Part shown: piece after piece, positions 51,596 to 61,689 of the stretch
How positions within the stretch are numbered: position 1 is the stretch's first letter
Layout of the letters: the number at the start of each line of letters is the position of its first letter
NCBI GenBank assembly: GCA_963699135.1
Contig: OY969415.1
Location: 1,355,450 to 1,419,449, forward strand
Reading direction: 5' to 3'
Source: an uncultured Armatimonadetes bacterium
GTDB lineage: Bacteria > Armatimonadota > Hebobacteria > Hebobacterales > Hebobacteraceae
Length of the DNA stretch: 64,000 nt
The notes under the pieces: model-generated
Told to the model about the DNA's origin: nothing
The model's database searches: none
What the model saw: only the letters and a program-made list of their open reading frames with translations
Program-made: the position numbers and the translations under genes

Positions 51596-52444
51596 ATCGA
51601 ACGTGAGGTCAGGGTGAACGAGCGCATACGCGCTCGGGAGGTGCGTGTCATCGATGAGAATGGCGCGCAATTGGGGGTTTTTCCCACCCGCGATGCGGTG
51701 AGGATTGCTCGCGAGCGGGAACTCGACCTGATCGAAGTGGCCCCGAACTCGCAGCCGCCGGTTTGCCGGATCATGGATTACGGCAAGCACAAGTATCAGC
51801 AGGCGAGGCGAGAGCGGGAGCAGCACAAGCGAAGCAAGGCGACGGAAGTCCGTCTGCTTCGCCTGAAGCCACAGATCGGGCCGCACGACCTGGATATCAA
51901 GATCAAGAAGCTCCGGGAGCTTCTCGCGGAAGGCAACAAGGTTCGCATTCAGTTGCGGTTCCGGGGACGGGAGCTGAGTCACCCGGAGTTGGGGACAAAG
52001 CTCCTCAACAGGATCGCGGAGGCGCTGGTCGAGGTCTCGCAGGTCGAGTCGTCGCCCCGGTTCGAGGGGCGGATGATGAACATGCTGCTGACGCCGAAGG
52101 TGCGGCCGAAGGCGGCGGCGCCGGCGACAGGTCCGGCGCAACCGGCCGCGGCGAAGCCAGCCGCTCCTGCGAAGGCGGAGGCTCCAGTCGCGAGCCAGCC
52201 GCAGCCAGCGGCCGCGGCGGCTCCGGCCGCAGTCGCAACGCCGGTAGCGGCAGCGCCCGCGCAGCCGGCGGCAGCGGGGCCTGTCGCCCCGCAACAGGCG
52301 GTAGCAACTGGGCCTACGAGCCCACAGACGGCGAAGACAGCGGGGCCTGCGGGTTCCGAAGGGATGGTTTCTGATGGCAAACAGCAAGTCCAGCGGCCGC
52401 GGGCCGAAAATGCGGACGCAGAAGACAGCGGCGAAGCGGGTTAA
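51596..52444 (+). CDS. infC: Translation initiation factor IF-3. It has a probable non-AUG (ATC) start and an unusual roughly 115-aa Ala/Pro/Gln-rich C-terminal extension.
   Basis: The IF3 core is ..VNERIRAREVRVIDENGAQLGVF..ELDLIEVAPNSQPPVCRIMDYGKHKY..KIKKLRELLAEGNKVRIQLRFRGRE..RMMNMLLTPK. The only in-frame start with a ribosome-binding site is GGAGGTGA-N7-ATC at 51596 (GTG 51614 is the alternative). The ORF reads on to 52444 and overlaps rpmI. Confidence 0.7.
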   Translation: MEREVRVNERIRAREVRVIDENGAQLGVFPTRDAVRIARERELDLIEVAPNSQPPVCRIMDYGKHKYQQARREREQHKRSKATEVRLLRLKPQIGPHDLDIKIKKLRELLAEGNKVRIQLRFRGRELSHPELGTKLLNRIAEALVEVSQVESSPRFEGRMMNMLLTPKVRPKAAAPATGPAQPAAAKPAAPAKAEAPVASQPQPAAAAAPAAVATPVAAAPAQPAAAGPVAPQQAVATGPTSPQTAKTAGPAGSEGMVSDGKQQVQRPRAENADAEDSGEAG

Positions 52445-52604
52445 GCGCACGGGGACGGGGAAGTTGCGAATCCGCCACGCCTGTAAGAGCCACCTGCTGA
52501 CGCGGAAGGGCACGGAGCGGTTGCGGCGGCTGCGTAAGCCGGGCCTGGTTTCGGCCAGCGACATCAAGCAGTTCAACCGTCTGGTTCCGCCGGCACATAG
52601 CTGA
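52374..52604 (+). CDS. rpmI: 50S ribosomal protein L35
   Basis: ..PKMRTQKTAAKRVKRTGTGKLRIRHACKSHLL..KRLRKPGLVSASD.. aligns to L35 (MPKIKT..AAKRFKKTG..). The start is ATG 52374 or the internal ATG 52409. Confidence 0.75.
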   Translation: MANSKSSGRGPKMRTQKTAAKRVKRTGTGKLRIRHACKSHLLTRKGTERLRRLRKPGLVSASDIKQFNRLVPPAHS

Positions 52605-52683
52605 TTCCGGGGCAGTTGCACGCCCGATCACATCGTAGGGCCAGGGCGCTCGATGCGCCCTGCCTTATTCAGGGAGCTGTAGG

Positions 52684-53043
52684 ATGCCACGCGTAAAACG
52701 AGGGACGATGACGCACAAGCGGCACAAGGCGGTGCTGAAGGAGGCCGCGGGGTTTGTGGGCGGCCGGCGCCGTCTGTTCAAGTCCGCCAAAGAAACCTTG
52801 ATGCGGGCGAAGCGGTACGCTTACCGCGACCGCAAGGTGCGCAAGCGGGAGTTCCGCAATCTGTGGATTGCCCGGATCAACGCCGCGGTGCGCGAGCAGG
52901 GCATCACCTACAGCCGATTCATGAACGCGCTGAAGACGGCGGGCATCGCGCTCGATCGCCGTTCGCTGGCCGACCTGGCGGTGAAGGATCGGGCCGCCTT
53001 CGATCAGGTAGTGGCAACGGCGAAGGCGGCGATGGAGGGGTAG
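52684..53043 (+). CDS. rplT: 50S ribosomal protein L20
   Basis: [68 protein letters not shown].. Confidence 0.9.
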   Translation: MPRVKRGTMTHKRHKAVLKEAAGFVGGRRRLFKSAKETLMRAKRYAYRDRKVRKREFRNLWIARINAAVREQGITYSRFMNALKTAGIALDRRSLADLAVKDRAAFDQVVATAKAAMEG

Positions 53044-53072
53044 GCGTCCGGCCCTGCCGAACGGATACAGAT

Positions 53073-53106
53073 GCGGCGAGCGGAGATCCGCTCGCCGCTT
53101 GCTTTT
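53073..53106 (+). terminator. Rho-independent terminator after rplT
   Basis: GCGGCGAGCGG-AGAT-CCGCTCGCCGC (11-bp stem) followed by TTGCTTTT. Confidence 0.7.
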
Positions 53107-53166
53107 GGCCGGAATGCAGGCGCGGCGAGTCACGTTCGGGCGAACGCCAGCCCTGCGCAGACGGCG

Positions 53167-53409
53167 TTACGCGCTCGGGGGGCCGGTCTCCCCCGGCGGG
53201 GGCGAAGGGAGTTCAACGATGGGCGGCTCTTCGTTGCCGGCGCGCAGTTCGCTGAGCCCGAAAACGAAGATGCCAAGGCCGATGATGATCGCCATGATCA
53301 CCACCGCGGCCTTGATGAACGCCACCACATCCGAGCGCCAGGCGATGACGCCCCAGACGCCCAAGGCAATCAGAATGAGCCCAATCAGGATGGACAGAGC
53401 TTTACCCAT
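53167..53409 (-). CDS. Small membrane protein (2 TM), hypothetical
   Basis: 80 aa with two hydrophobic helices (ILIGLILIALGVWGVIAW; VVIMAIIIGLGIFVFGL) and a Pro-rich tail. Its coding status is uncertain. Confidence 0.35.
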   Translation of the reverse strand: MGKALSILIGLILIALGVWGVIAWRSDVVAFIKAAVVIMAIIIGLGIFVFGLSELRAGNEEPPIVELPSPPPGETGPPSA

Positions 53410-53567
53410 GTGTCGCGCCTCCCACTCCCAGGCCTGACGGCCAGCATTGCAGCCAGCGATTCATTCCGCGCTTGCTTGTTGATTCCTCTTACCTTGTGGC
53501 CAGGTTCTGTTCGCATGGGGAGCTGTCGGTCCCCGCACGCTTCGGCTCCGCCGAGACGCGCGGGAGT

Positions 53568-53597
53568 TTGACACCACTGTCGCGGCGTTGCTATACT
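53568..53597 (+). promoter_or_regulatory. Sigma-70-like promoter for the TauE-like gene
   Basis: TTGACA (53568-53573), an 18-nt spacer, then TATACT (53592-53597). Downstream lie AGGAGG and the GTG start at 53657. Confidence 0.5.
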
Positions 53598-53656
53598 GCC
53601 GCGCGGCCGGTACTACGCTTCGGGCGCAGCCTATTGCTCTCCCAGGAGGTTTCCGC

Positions 53657-54100
53657 GTGAAAGCATTTCCGCTCAGATATGGTGTGTTCGCGCTTGTCGG
53701 CGTCGTGGTGGGCGTGTTCGCGGGTCTGTTCGGGGTCGGTGGGGGGATCATCATGGTGCCGGTGCTGGTGGTGCTGGCAGGATACACGCAGCACATGGCG
53801 CAGGGCATCTCCCTCGCGGTGATCATCCCGACGTCGCTGGTGGCGGCGTTCGGCTACTTCAAGAAGGGCAACCTGGACCTGGCGGTCGCGATCGCGCTCG
53901 CGGTGGGGTCGATCCCCGGCGCCTATGTGGGTCAGGATATCGCCCAGCGCCTGCCGCAGTCGACCTTACGCACGCTGTTTGCGCTCTTCATGGTGGCGAT
54001 GGCCGCGCGTATCATGCCGTCGGCCAGCCTGCGCTCGATGAGCCTGCTGCTGGGGATGTCGCTGGTGGCGGTGGGGGTGAGGCTGATGCTGGTGAAGTAG
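53657..54100 (+). CDS. TSUP (TauE/SafE, DUF81) family membrane transporter, half-size
   Basis: It has the GTG start VKAFPLRYGVFALVGVVVGVFAGLFGVGGGIIMVPVLV. There are four TM helices with the conserved G-rich helix-1 motif. The track ORF begins earlier, at 53588. Confidence 0.55.
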   Translation: MKAFPLRYGVFALVGVVVGVFAGLFGVGGGIIMVPVLVVLAGYTQHMAQGISLAVIIPTSLVAAFGYFKKGNLDLAVAIALAVGSIPGAYVGQDIAQRLPQSTLRTLFALFMVAMAARIMPSASLRSMSLLLGMSLVAVGVRLMLVK

Positions 54101-54132
54101 GGCCCACTTGAGGATCTGGGGAAAGCATGATG

Positions 54133-54169
54133 AACGGGCCCCGCTGCGGCGGGGTCCGTTCCTTTTGGG
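54133..54169 (+). terminator. Rho-independent terminator after the TauE-like gene
   Basis: GAACGGGCCCCGC-TGCG-GCGGGGTCCGTTC (13-bp stem with one G-U pair) followed by CTTTTGG. Confidence 0.65.
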
Positions 54170-54346
54170 ATGAACCGGGTCCGCCGGCCTATAGGCAGAT
54201 ATGGGCAGGAGCACTCCGGCTGCGCCGAAGTGCGAGCCGTCGTGGATAGGCCAAGACAAAATGAACCGGCTTCGCCAGAGGCGAAGCCGGTTCATAAGAT
54301 CCTCACGCAGCCACGCGGTGAAGAACTCTTTCGGTGAGGCTATTCC

Positions 54347-55051
54347 CTATTTCGCGTTGAAGGTGTAGCTGGCGCCAACCCAGGTGTGGCCGCCGTAGGT
54401 GCCGCCCTTGATGGTGGGCCAGGTCGGCTCGTGGGTGTAGGTGAGGGCGGTGATGATGTCGTTGCCGTCATAGAGGGCGACGACGCCGACCTGCGGGAAG
54501 GTAGGCTTCGCCAGCACCTGGAGGCCTCCGAAGAGACCCTCATGCCGACCCTCGCCGAAGAGGGTGTTGTCCTCGGTGCCGAGGCTGAGGTGCAGCCGGT
54601 AGATGGGGCCGGTGGGAGGGCCGCCGACGGGCGGATTCAGGGTCTTGGCGGCAGACACGAAGTAGGAGGCGTGTCCGAAGACGCGGGAGATGTCGCGGCC
54701 GCCGACGACGATGATCGGGCGCTTCAGATCCTCGGGCTGAACGACGACGGTGGTGTTGAAGATGGTGTCGGCGCCGACCTTGTCCACGTCATAGCGATGG
54801 ACATCCAGCTCGATCCGGTTGGTGAGCCCGGCATAGAGCGTCTGGGCGCGCACGAACCCGATGTCGAACGGGCGCAGGGGAGCGATCAGCGCTTCGTTGT
54901 CCACGCTGATGTAGTACACAGCAACGTCGGTCTCGCCAGCCTTGACCTGGTTCGCAGTCGGGACGGTGACGATGTCTCCCGCCACTGCCGCGCCCGCCAG
55001 GATGGCCATCAGGGCCAGGGCCAGCAACATGGGTAGATAAGGCCTTCGCAT
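54347..55051 (-). CDS. Exported hypothetical protein (signal peptide MRRPYLPMLLALALMAILAGAAVA)
   Basis: Roughly 234 aa mature region. I recognise no family. The track ORF extends to 55192. Confidence 0.4.
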   Translation of the reverse strand: MRRPYLPMLLALALMAILAGAAVAGDIVTVPTANQVKAGETDVAVYYISVDNEALIAPLRPFDIGFVRAQTLYAGLTNRIELDVHRYDVDKVGADTIFNTTVVVQPEDLKRPIIVVGGRDISRVFGHASYFVSAAKTLNPPVGGPPTGPIYRLHLSLGTEDNTLFGEGRHEGLFGGLQVLAKPTFPQVGVVALYDGNDIITALTYTHEPTWPTIKGGTYGGHTWVGASYTFNAK

Positions 55052-55263
55052 TGCGTTTTTCCTCGCCACTTGGATTCGCTTCGAGCCTGGTCGGAGGAGG
55101 GGCGACAGATGCGGGCACGGGCCGACGACCCACCCGTCAGAAGGTCGTGGGTCTCCCGCCCTCTCGATCTTCCCCAGCCGCAGGTGAAGCAAGCGGGGGC
55201 ACTATAGCAGGGGGGCGCGGGAATGTCAAACCGCCGCGAAGGGCGCCCCGCGGGCGCGTACGG

Positions 55264-56340
55264 CTACGGATGGAAGCGCACGAGAACGACGTCGCCCTCT
55301 TGCACCTGGTAGTCCTTGCCCTCGGTGCGCACCGCGCCGAGCTTGTGGGCCTGCTGCCAGGAGCCGGCCGCGGTCAGGCTATCGAAGTCGATGACCTCGG
55401 CGCGGATGAAGCCGCGCTCCATGTCGGTATGGATGCGGCCGGCAGCGGTAGTGAGAAGGGTGCCGCGGGGGACGGTCCAGGCGCGGGCTTCGGCGCCGAC
55501 GCCGGTGAAGAACGTCACCAGTCCGAGCGCCTGGTAGCAGGCGTGGATCACCTGCTCCAGACCGGTCTCGCCTCCTTCCATCTCGGCCGCGAAGTCCTCC
55601 CGATCCGCCTCGTCCAGTTCCGCGAGATCGGCCTCGAGCTTGGCGGGGACCGCGACCACTGGACCGTGGAGCTTCCCCTCGGCCTGCGTGACGGCGCGGC
55701 CGGCTTCCCCCCGCGCTTCTCCGGTGTTCAGCAGATACACCTCGGGCTTAGCGGTGAGCAGGAAGAGCTGCGCCTGGGGCAGCACCTCGTCCCTCTGGGG
55801 AAGCACGCGGGCGGGGCGCTGCGCGTCGAGATGCCGCTCGAGAAGCTCTAGGGCTTCGGCCTCGCGCAGCGCTTCGGCGGCGCGCGCCTTGAGCCCGGCA
55901 GCGAGACGCTCGCGGCGTCGCTGCACGCTCCCGAGGTCGGCGAGGATGAGTTCGAGTTCGACGATCCCGGCGTCGCGGACGGGATCGGTGCTGCCCTCGG
56001 AGTATGGCACCTGCGGGTTCTCGAAAGCCCTGAGGACATGCAGGATGGCGTCGACCTCGCGGATGGCAGCGAGGAACTGATTGCCGAGCCCCTCGCCGCG
56101 GCTGGCGCCCTTGACGAGGCCGGCGACATCAACGAACTCGATGGTGGCGGGGGTGGCCTGAGACTGCTCGAAGATGGCCGCGACTCGGGCCAACCGCGGG
56201 TCCGGAACGGCGACCACGCCGTGGTTAGGCTCGATGGTGCAGAAGGCGTAGTTGGAGACCTTGGCCCCGCCCCGGCAAAGCGCGTTGAAGACAGTCGACT
56301 TGCCTGCGTTGGGCAGTCCGACGATGCCTACGCTCAGCAT
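55264..56340 (-). CDS. ychF: Ribosome-binding ATPase YchF (Obg-family GTPase)
   Basis: MLSVGIVGLPNAGKSTVFNAL..NYAFCTIEPNHGVVAVPDPRL..EFVDVAGLVKGAS.GEGLGNQFL.. and the C-terminal TGS domain ..GKIHTDMERGFIRAEV.. Confidence 0.9.
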   Translation of the reverse strand: MLSVGIVGLPNAGKSTVFNALCRGGAKVSNYAFCTIEPNHGVVAVPDPRLARVAAIFEQSQATPATIEFVDVAGLVKGASRGEGLGNQFLAAIREVDAILHVLRAFENPQVPYSEGSTDPVRDAGIVELELILADLGSVQRRRERLAAGLKARAAEALREAEALELLERHLDAQRPARVLPQRDEVLPQAQLFLLTAKPEVYLLNTGEARGEAGRAVTQAEGKLHGPVVAVPAKLEADLAELDEADREDFAAEMEGGETGLEQVIHACYQALGLVTFFTGVGAEARAWTVPRGTLLTTAAGRIHTDMERGFIRAEVIDFDSLTAAGSWQQAHKLGAVRTEGKDYQVQEGDVVLVRFHP

Positions 56341-56363
56341 GGCGTCGCCCGAGTCACCCGCGC

Positions 56364-56978
56364 TCAGAGCGCGGGTGAATTGAGGTTATCCAGCTTGGCC
56401 TCGGCCTGCTCGATGAGCGAGGCCAGCCGCAGGCAGGCGCGGGCGTCTTCCTCCAACAGCAACTGGCCGGCCATCACCCGGTCGGCCATCCGAGAGAGCC
56501 ATTCGAGACCGGTGTAGAGATCGAGCAGCCGCTGACGGTCCTTGACCTTGGGCAGTTGCTCGCGGATCCGGCCGCCGAGCCCGTCGAGCATATCGGCCTG
56601 CTCGGTGAGGAAGTCGTCTCGCTTCTGCTCGATGGAGGTGGCGAGATCATCGGCGCGGCGGCGGCGGGCCGAGAGGTGCTGCTCCACTTCCTTGGCCGCT
56701 CGCCGCAGGCCGGGCGTGTGCTTGAGCGCCTGCTGGATCAGGAGCACGCGATGGAGCGAATCAAAGTCATAGGAGCGGCGGGCCGCGTCGTCGGAATCGT
56801 CCTCGTCCTCGCTCTCCAGAGATGCTACTATCCCGGTGTCGGTCCAGTAGCAGAGTTGCCGGCGGGATACCCCGCAGAATTGCGCTGCCTTGCCTGTAGT
56901 AAGCTTGAGTTGTTGTAAGAGGGTGGCGGGCTCAACCGGCTCCAGTACGTCCTTCTCCTCGCCCTGCTTGTCAGCCAT
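56364..56978 (-). CDS. MerR-family transcriptional regulator
   Basis: The N-terminal HTH is LKLTTGKAAQFCGVSRRQLCYWTDTGIV. It is followed by an acidic linker and a coiled-coil C-terminus. Confidence 0.65.
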   Translation of the reverse strand: MADKQGEEKDVLEPVEPATLLQQLKLTTGKAAQFCGVSRRQLCYWTDTGIVASLESEDEDDSDDAARRSYDFDSLHRVLLIQQALKHTPGLRRAAKEVEQHLSARRRRADDLATSIEQKRDDFLTEQADMLDGLGGRIREQLPKVKDRQRLLDLYTGLEWLSRMADRVMAGQLLLEEDARACLRLASLIEQAEAKLDNLNSPAL

Positions 56979-57176
56979 TCAGCCTCCCCTTTGTCTCGGC
57001 ACGCCCCAAGAGAGACACTATTGGTCCCATGTCGCGACACGATGGGCCGCTGCCTCAGACTGGCACGATCATTGTAGCCGGTATTATACGGACAGCTCCC
57101 GAAAACGTCAAGCTAGTCGTACAGAAAAGTCCGCGCCACCGGAGACCAAGGGACAATTCCCCCCGCCGGGCCACGG

Positions 57177-58776
57177 CTAGCCTCGCTGATCCAGCATCGC
57201 CAGTATCTGCTGCCGTCGCTCCTGAATCCACGCCTCAGACCGCGGGAACTCGGCGTAGTCCTGGATCTCCGAGAGCATCGCGTCAGACGGATCGATGCCG
57301 GCCGCCTGCAGCAGCGCGTAGTCCTGGAGGCTCTCGGCCCAGACTTCCCACCGGATCGAGTCCACGGGGCCGGCCTCGCCGGGGTAGACTACGAACGTGT
57401 CCCCGTAAGGGAGATCGGGGTCCTTCCCATCGCCCGACTGGTAGGGGTCGAGCAGCTCGGAGGTCTGGAATCGGTACCAGTAGTTGTGGCCCCAGTGGAG
57501 GAAGCCGCGGGCGCGATTCCTGTAGAAGAGCCAGCCCGCCATGCGAGTCTTCACCAGAAGGGTGTCCATCAGGCGGTTCAGGTAACGGCGGCGCGGCTCC
57601 AGACAGAAGTAGGCCCAGGCCGGGAAGCCTTCGCTCACGAACTGAGGGGCCTCGCTGATGACCGCGATGGGGACGTCGGTCAGGCCCTCCCGGGCGAACT
57701 CGATCTGAGAGAGCGCGTCCATCACCTTCATCCAGGGCGCGACCTCGCGGAGCATCTGACGCGGCGAGGCGGTAGTTGGCGCGATGCTCGTCACCGTGGG
57801 GCTCATCGGAGAGGTGGAAGAAGCTGGCCTCGAAGATGCCCTCGGCATCGAGGAACCGCTTGAACTCCGGCAGGTACTGGGCGAGGAAGTCGCGGTAGAT
57901 CGGGGAGACGCCGAGGGTCTCGGGATCCCAGAGCAGCTTCTTGGTCTCGCCGTGGCCCTCGTAGACGCGGATGGCGAACTTGGCGCCCCACTGGGTGAAG
58001 AGATGGTTCCACTCGTAGCGGGTGAGGCCGGCCGCCTGCGCGGTCTTGATCCAGCGCTTCACCAGCGTCCAGTCGAAGGTATAGCGATCCCCCTGCTTGC
58101 CGACGCCGAGAAGCTGGGTCGGGCGCTTCACGCCGTCGGTCGGGGGCGTGAAGGCGGGGACATGGGTGGTGTCGTGATAATGGGAGGACAGGTTCTTCAG
58201 GTACGCCTCCAGCAGCGGCCAGAAGGACTCCTGCCAGAGTTCCGTGTGGTACCAGTCACAGAGCGCGTCGGCATAGAACCAGTGAGTGACAGGGAAGTCG
58301 CGGCGCGGCGCGGCCATCGCCTTGTGCACGACCACGGTTGCAGCCAGACTGACAGGCTCCAGCTTCCCGGCGGTGAGCGTCACCACCGCCTTGCGCCGGC
58401 CCGGCCTGGCGTCGACGGGGACGCGCACGGTGATCCAGAAAGCGTTGGTGGCGTAGGGCCCGCTCATGATCTCGGAACCCGGAAGCAGAGGGTCGGGCAC
58501 GAGGCCGGGCAGATGGCCGACCCCATCGAGTTCGTCGACCGGCGTGTCGGTCGAAACGTGGCGGAACGGCACGAAGCCGACATGGCGCACCTGGACGGAG
58601 AGGCCGGCGGAGGCCTCGGCGGACGCCTGCACCTTCGCGGCCTCGGCCTCGGTGCGGAAGCACACCTGGAAGGAGACGGTCTCGCCGCGGGCGGCGTGAA
58701 GCACGAGCGTCCTGCGCTTCTGGGCGCGCGACGTCGGGTAGTTGCGAACCAGGGAACTCGCAAGCCAAGATTGCAT
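57177..58776 (-). CDS. Hypothetical protein, possibly DUF4091/glycoside-hydrolase-like, with one frameshift near 57800
   Basis: ORF 57283-58776 gives the N-terminal roughly 330 aa (..THWFYADALCDWYHTELWQESFWPLLEAYLKNL..FFHLSDEPHGDEH). ORF 57177-57848 gives the C-terminus (..GFLHWGHNYWYRFQTSELLDPYQ..). Confidence 0.35.
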
Positions 58777-58904
58777 GTCTGTGCCTCCGACGCAGAGTTC
58801 GGGGCAGTCGAGAGGCGGTCCTGCCGGCGATCCCGGCCAACGCGGGCCACGGGAAGAGGGAAGCGCAGCCGGATTGGGGAAGCCTCGGCGCGGGAGGAAA
58901 TGAC

Positions 58905-59741
58905 ATGAGACTTGGCGGGCCGGTGTTCATAGACTCGGAGGATCCGGAGCAAATCGCGCAGGCGCATCGCGCGCTGGGCTACCGGGGTGGCTACTGCCCA
59001 CACGTGGAGTTGGAGGACAAGGAGCACATTCGCGCCATTCGCGAGGCGTTCGCGAAGCACGACGTCACCATCGCCGAGGTGGGGGTTTGGAACAACCTGC
59101 TGGAGGCGGACGCGGCGAAGCGGAAGGCGAACATGACGGCGATGAAGCGGGCGCTGGCCTTGGCGGACGAAGTGGGCGCGCTCTGCTGCACGAACATCGC
59201 CGGCTCGCGCAATCCGCAGCTCTGGGCCGGGCTGGACGCGGAGAACCTGACCCAGGGGAGCTTCGACGCGATCGTGGCGAACGCGCGAGAGATCATCGAC
59301 GAAGTGAAGCCGAAGCGAGCAAAGCTGACCTTTGAGATGATGCCCTGGTGCTTCCCAGACACGGCCGATTCATACCTGGATCTGATGAAGGCGATAGACC
59401 GCAAGGGATTCGCGGTGCATCTCGATATCGTGAACGTCATCAACAGCCCGCGGCGGTACTTCGATACCACCTCGATCATCCGCGAGTGCTTCGCCAAGCT
59501 CGGCCCGCATATCCTCGCTTGCCACCTCAAGGACATCCGCCTGCAGGGCGAACTGACCACGCACCTGGACGAGGTGCTGGTGGGGGAGGGCGGATTCGAC
59601 ATCGCCACCTACCTGCGGGAGGCGGACAAGCTGCCGCAGCAGCCGCCGATGCTGCTGGAGCACCTGCAGACCGCGGAGCAGTACGAGCAAGCGCGGCAGT
59701 ACGTCGTGAAGCTGGCGGCGAAGATCGGCGTAGGGCTGTAG
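58905..59741 (+). CDS. Sugar phosphate isomerase/epimerase (xylose-isomerase-like TIM barrel)
   Basis: Intact 278 aa. It has AP-endonuclease-2/TIM-barrel hallmarks (..FEMMPW..HLDIVNV..ACHLKD..LLEHLQ). Confidence 0.6.
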   Translation: MRLGGPVFIDSEDPEQIAQAHRALGYRGGYCPHVELEDKEHIRAIREAFAKHDVTIAEVGVWNNLLEADAAKRKANMTAMKRALALADEVGALCCTNIAGSRNPQLWAGLDAENLTQGSFDAIVANAREIIDEVKPKRAKLTFEMMPWCFPDTADSYLDLMKAIDRKGFAVHLDIVNVINSPRRYFDTTSIIRECFAKLGPHILACHLKDIRLQGELTTHLDEVLVGEGGFDIATYLREADKLPQQPPMLLEHLQTAEQYEQARQYVVKLAAKIGVGL

Positions 59742-59789
59742 GGGTTCCGGGAAGGCGCGGGTTCGGGGTCGGAGATCCCGGGGTAGGGG

Positions 59790-59870
59790 CGCAACTGGTT
59801 GAATCACGCCCCTACGTACGGAGGGAGAGGCACGCCGTGGGCGTGCCTACGCGGGTTGCGGCGGTGCCCG
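59790..59870. repeat. REP-like units: gaatcacgcccctacgtacgg (identical to the IS right flank at 16081-16101) and the hairpin GGCACGCC-GTG-GGCGTGCC-tacgcgggtt (copy of 25123-25150)
   Basis: Exact 21-nt match to 16081-16101, and near-identity to 25123-25150. Confidence 0.75.
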
Positions 59871-60401
59871 CCGCGAACCCACGCCACTGGACGGCGGGGG
59901 GTTGCACGGCGAAGGCAGACGCCAGACGCGAGCAAGGTGCGGTACCTGGGTTCACGTCCAGGCGTAGGCGATCACTGGATGCAGAGCGCAGCTCAGTGGC
60001 GTGGGCTTGCCCGCCGGCCTTGAGGAGGGTTTGCGGCGGGAACCGCTGTAACCCGCGTTCGCCCCGGAGGGGCAGATTGGGAGGGACGGTGCGGAGGTGG
60101 AGGACAGGAGGCAGGGTGCAGGGCGCGTAGGGCAGGAAGCAAGCCGGACGTGGGGAACCCAGGCCACGAGGGATGCTCCCGCTCTGAGTTCCATTCGCAG
60201 TCCCAGCGGCAGATCATGTGCTGCAGCGCGAGGAGGCGGGGGGAATGAGCAGCGGGGATGGTCACGGTGTTTCCGGGAGGGGGAGCTATCCTCGGAAGGC
60301 GCGGCGGACCAGCGACTCGGCTTCGGGTGGGGGGTTCTCTGGATCATCGCTGCGTTCTTTCAGGGAGGGATAGCGTTAGTCTTCGGGTTCGGGCTAGGGA
60401 T

Positions 60402-60645
60402 GAGGACGGAGTACTTACCCAACAGGCCTTTCAGTCTTTTTCTGGGCTTGGCCTTGGTGGGATCGGCTTACGGCCTACTGAAGCGCAGGAGATACGGGCT
60501 GTACCTGGCACAGGCACTGGCCACTTTCGCGGTCCTGACGGGAATCGCGGGGGCAGTGCTAGGGCATCTCATCAGCATCGTGAGCGCCTTCGCGGGGAGT
60601 TTGTGGCTGGCGTACTTCTACAAACGTCGCGACTGGTTCGCGTAG
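60402..60645 (+). CDS. Small hypothetical membrane protein
   Basis: Hydrophobic segments (FSLFLGLALVGSAYGLL; FAVLTGIAGAVLGHLISIVSAF). The track ORF starts earlier, at 60097, so the start is uncertain. Confidence 0.25.
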
Positions 60646-60700
60646 GGCATGGAGGGCGGGCGGTTGGCGGGGAGAGGGCGGCGCCAAGGAGCGAGGGCCA

Positions 60701-61000
60701 ATGGGTAGAGGCAAGTGGGCCCCGGTGACTCTCGGGCTCCTGACCTGCACGGCGCTCACAGTGGCATTCTTGTTGAACCAGCAAGCGAAGATTACTTCCA
60801 CGCAGGTAGAGTGGTTACTCGGGATATGGGCAGCCGCGCTCATCCCGTGCGCCGCGCTCGTGTTCCAGGCTGTGATGGGAAGACCCCGGGGTGCGAGGCT
60901 CCGGTGGGCGGTGTTCGTCGTGGTGGAGCTGGCGCTGGCCGTCTGCATCTGGCTCGCCGCGTGCTTCGTTCTGACCTGTCGCTTGCTACTCGCCGGCTGA
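60701..61000 (+). CDS. Small hypothetical membrane protein (3 TM)
   Basis: 99 aa with three hydrophobic helices. I recognise no family. Confidence 0.3.
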   Translation: MGRGKWAPVTLGLLTCTALTVAFLLNQQAKITSTQVEWLLGIWAAALIPCAALVFQAVMGRPRGARLRWAVFVVVELALAVCIWLAACFVLTCRLLLAG

Positions 61001-61147
61001 CCCGGACCTTAGGCAGTCAGATGCGGGGTTGCGTCGTCGGGTTGCTGCCGGAAGAAGGCGGGCAAGCCCCCACCCTATGTGAGGTTGGAGGATAGAGATA
61101 GATCCCCCCCACCCGGGGTGGGCGCAGGGCGGGAAGGGTGGCGTTAG

Positions 61148-61175
61148 CCCGTAGGGCAGGAGCTTGTCTCCTGCC
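61148..61175 (+). repeat. REP element, 5' copy flanking the RAYT gene: GTAG tetranucleotide plus hairpin GGCAGGAG-cttgt-CTCCTGCC
   Basis: cccGTAGggcaggagcttgtctcctgcc. The exact reverse complement occurs at 61690-61717. Confidence 0.8.
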
Positions 61176-61192
61176 ACTGAACCTGAGACGCT

Positions 61193-61675
61193 ATGCTCTA
61201 CCGAAGGCTTCCTCGGTTCGATCTGCCGAACGCAACGTACTTCATCACCTCCTGCACCGAAAGGCGCCGCAAGCTTCTCTCACGCCCTGACTTCACCGAT
61301 CTGTTGGTCAGCCTCTACGCGGACCTGCGCGATCGCGGTGACATCGCGCTCCATGGCTACGTCATCATGCCGGACCACTACCACGTCGTCTTCGCGCTCC
61401 GAGAGGAGAGGTTGGTGAGCATGGCGGTCCGGAAGGTTCACGGTCCCTTTGCGCGTCACTACCGCCGCGCGGTCGGCCCGACAGATCGGGTGTGGCAGCG
61501 ACGTTTCCGGGATCATGTGGTGCGGGACGATGCAGACTGGCGCACGAAGATGGAGTACCTTCACGCCAATCCGGTGCGGGCCGGATTGGTGGAGGATCCG
61601 ATCGAGTACCGGTGGTCGAGCGCGCGTTTCTGGCTGACTGGCACCGGGCCGGTGGCGTGCGACCCGGCGTGGTGA
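61193..61675 (+). CDS. REP-associated tyrosine transposase (RAYT), IS200/IS605-like TnpA
   Basis: 160 aa. The HuH motif is MPDHYHVV. The catalytic-Tyr region is near the C-terminus (IEYRWSSARF). The size and the flanking inverted REPs are typical of RAYTs. Confidence 0.75.
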   Translation: MLYRRLPRFDLPNATYFITSCTERRRKLLSRPDFTDLLVSLYADLRDRGDIALHGYVIMPDHYHVVFALREERLVSMAVRKVHGPFARHYRRAVGPTDRVWQRRFRDHVVRDDADWRTKMEYLHANPVRAGLVEDPIEYRWSSARFWLTGTGPVACDPAW

Positions 61676-61689
61676 GGGGAAGGAGGGAT

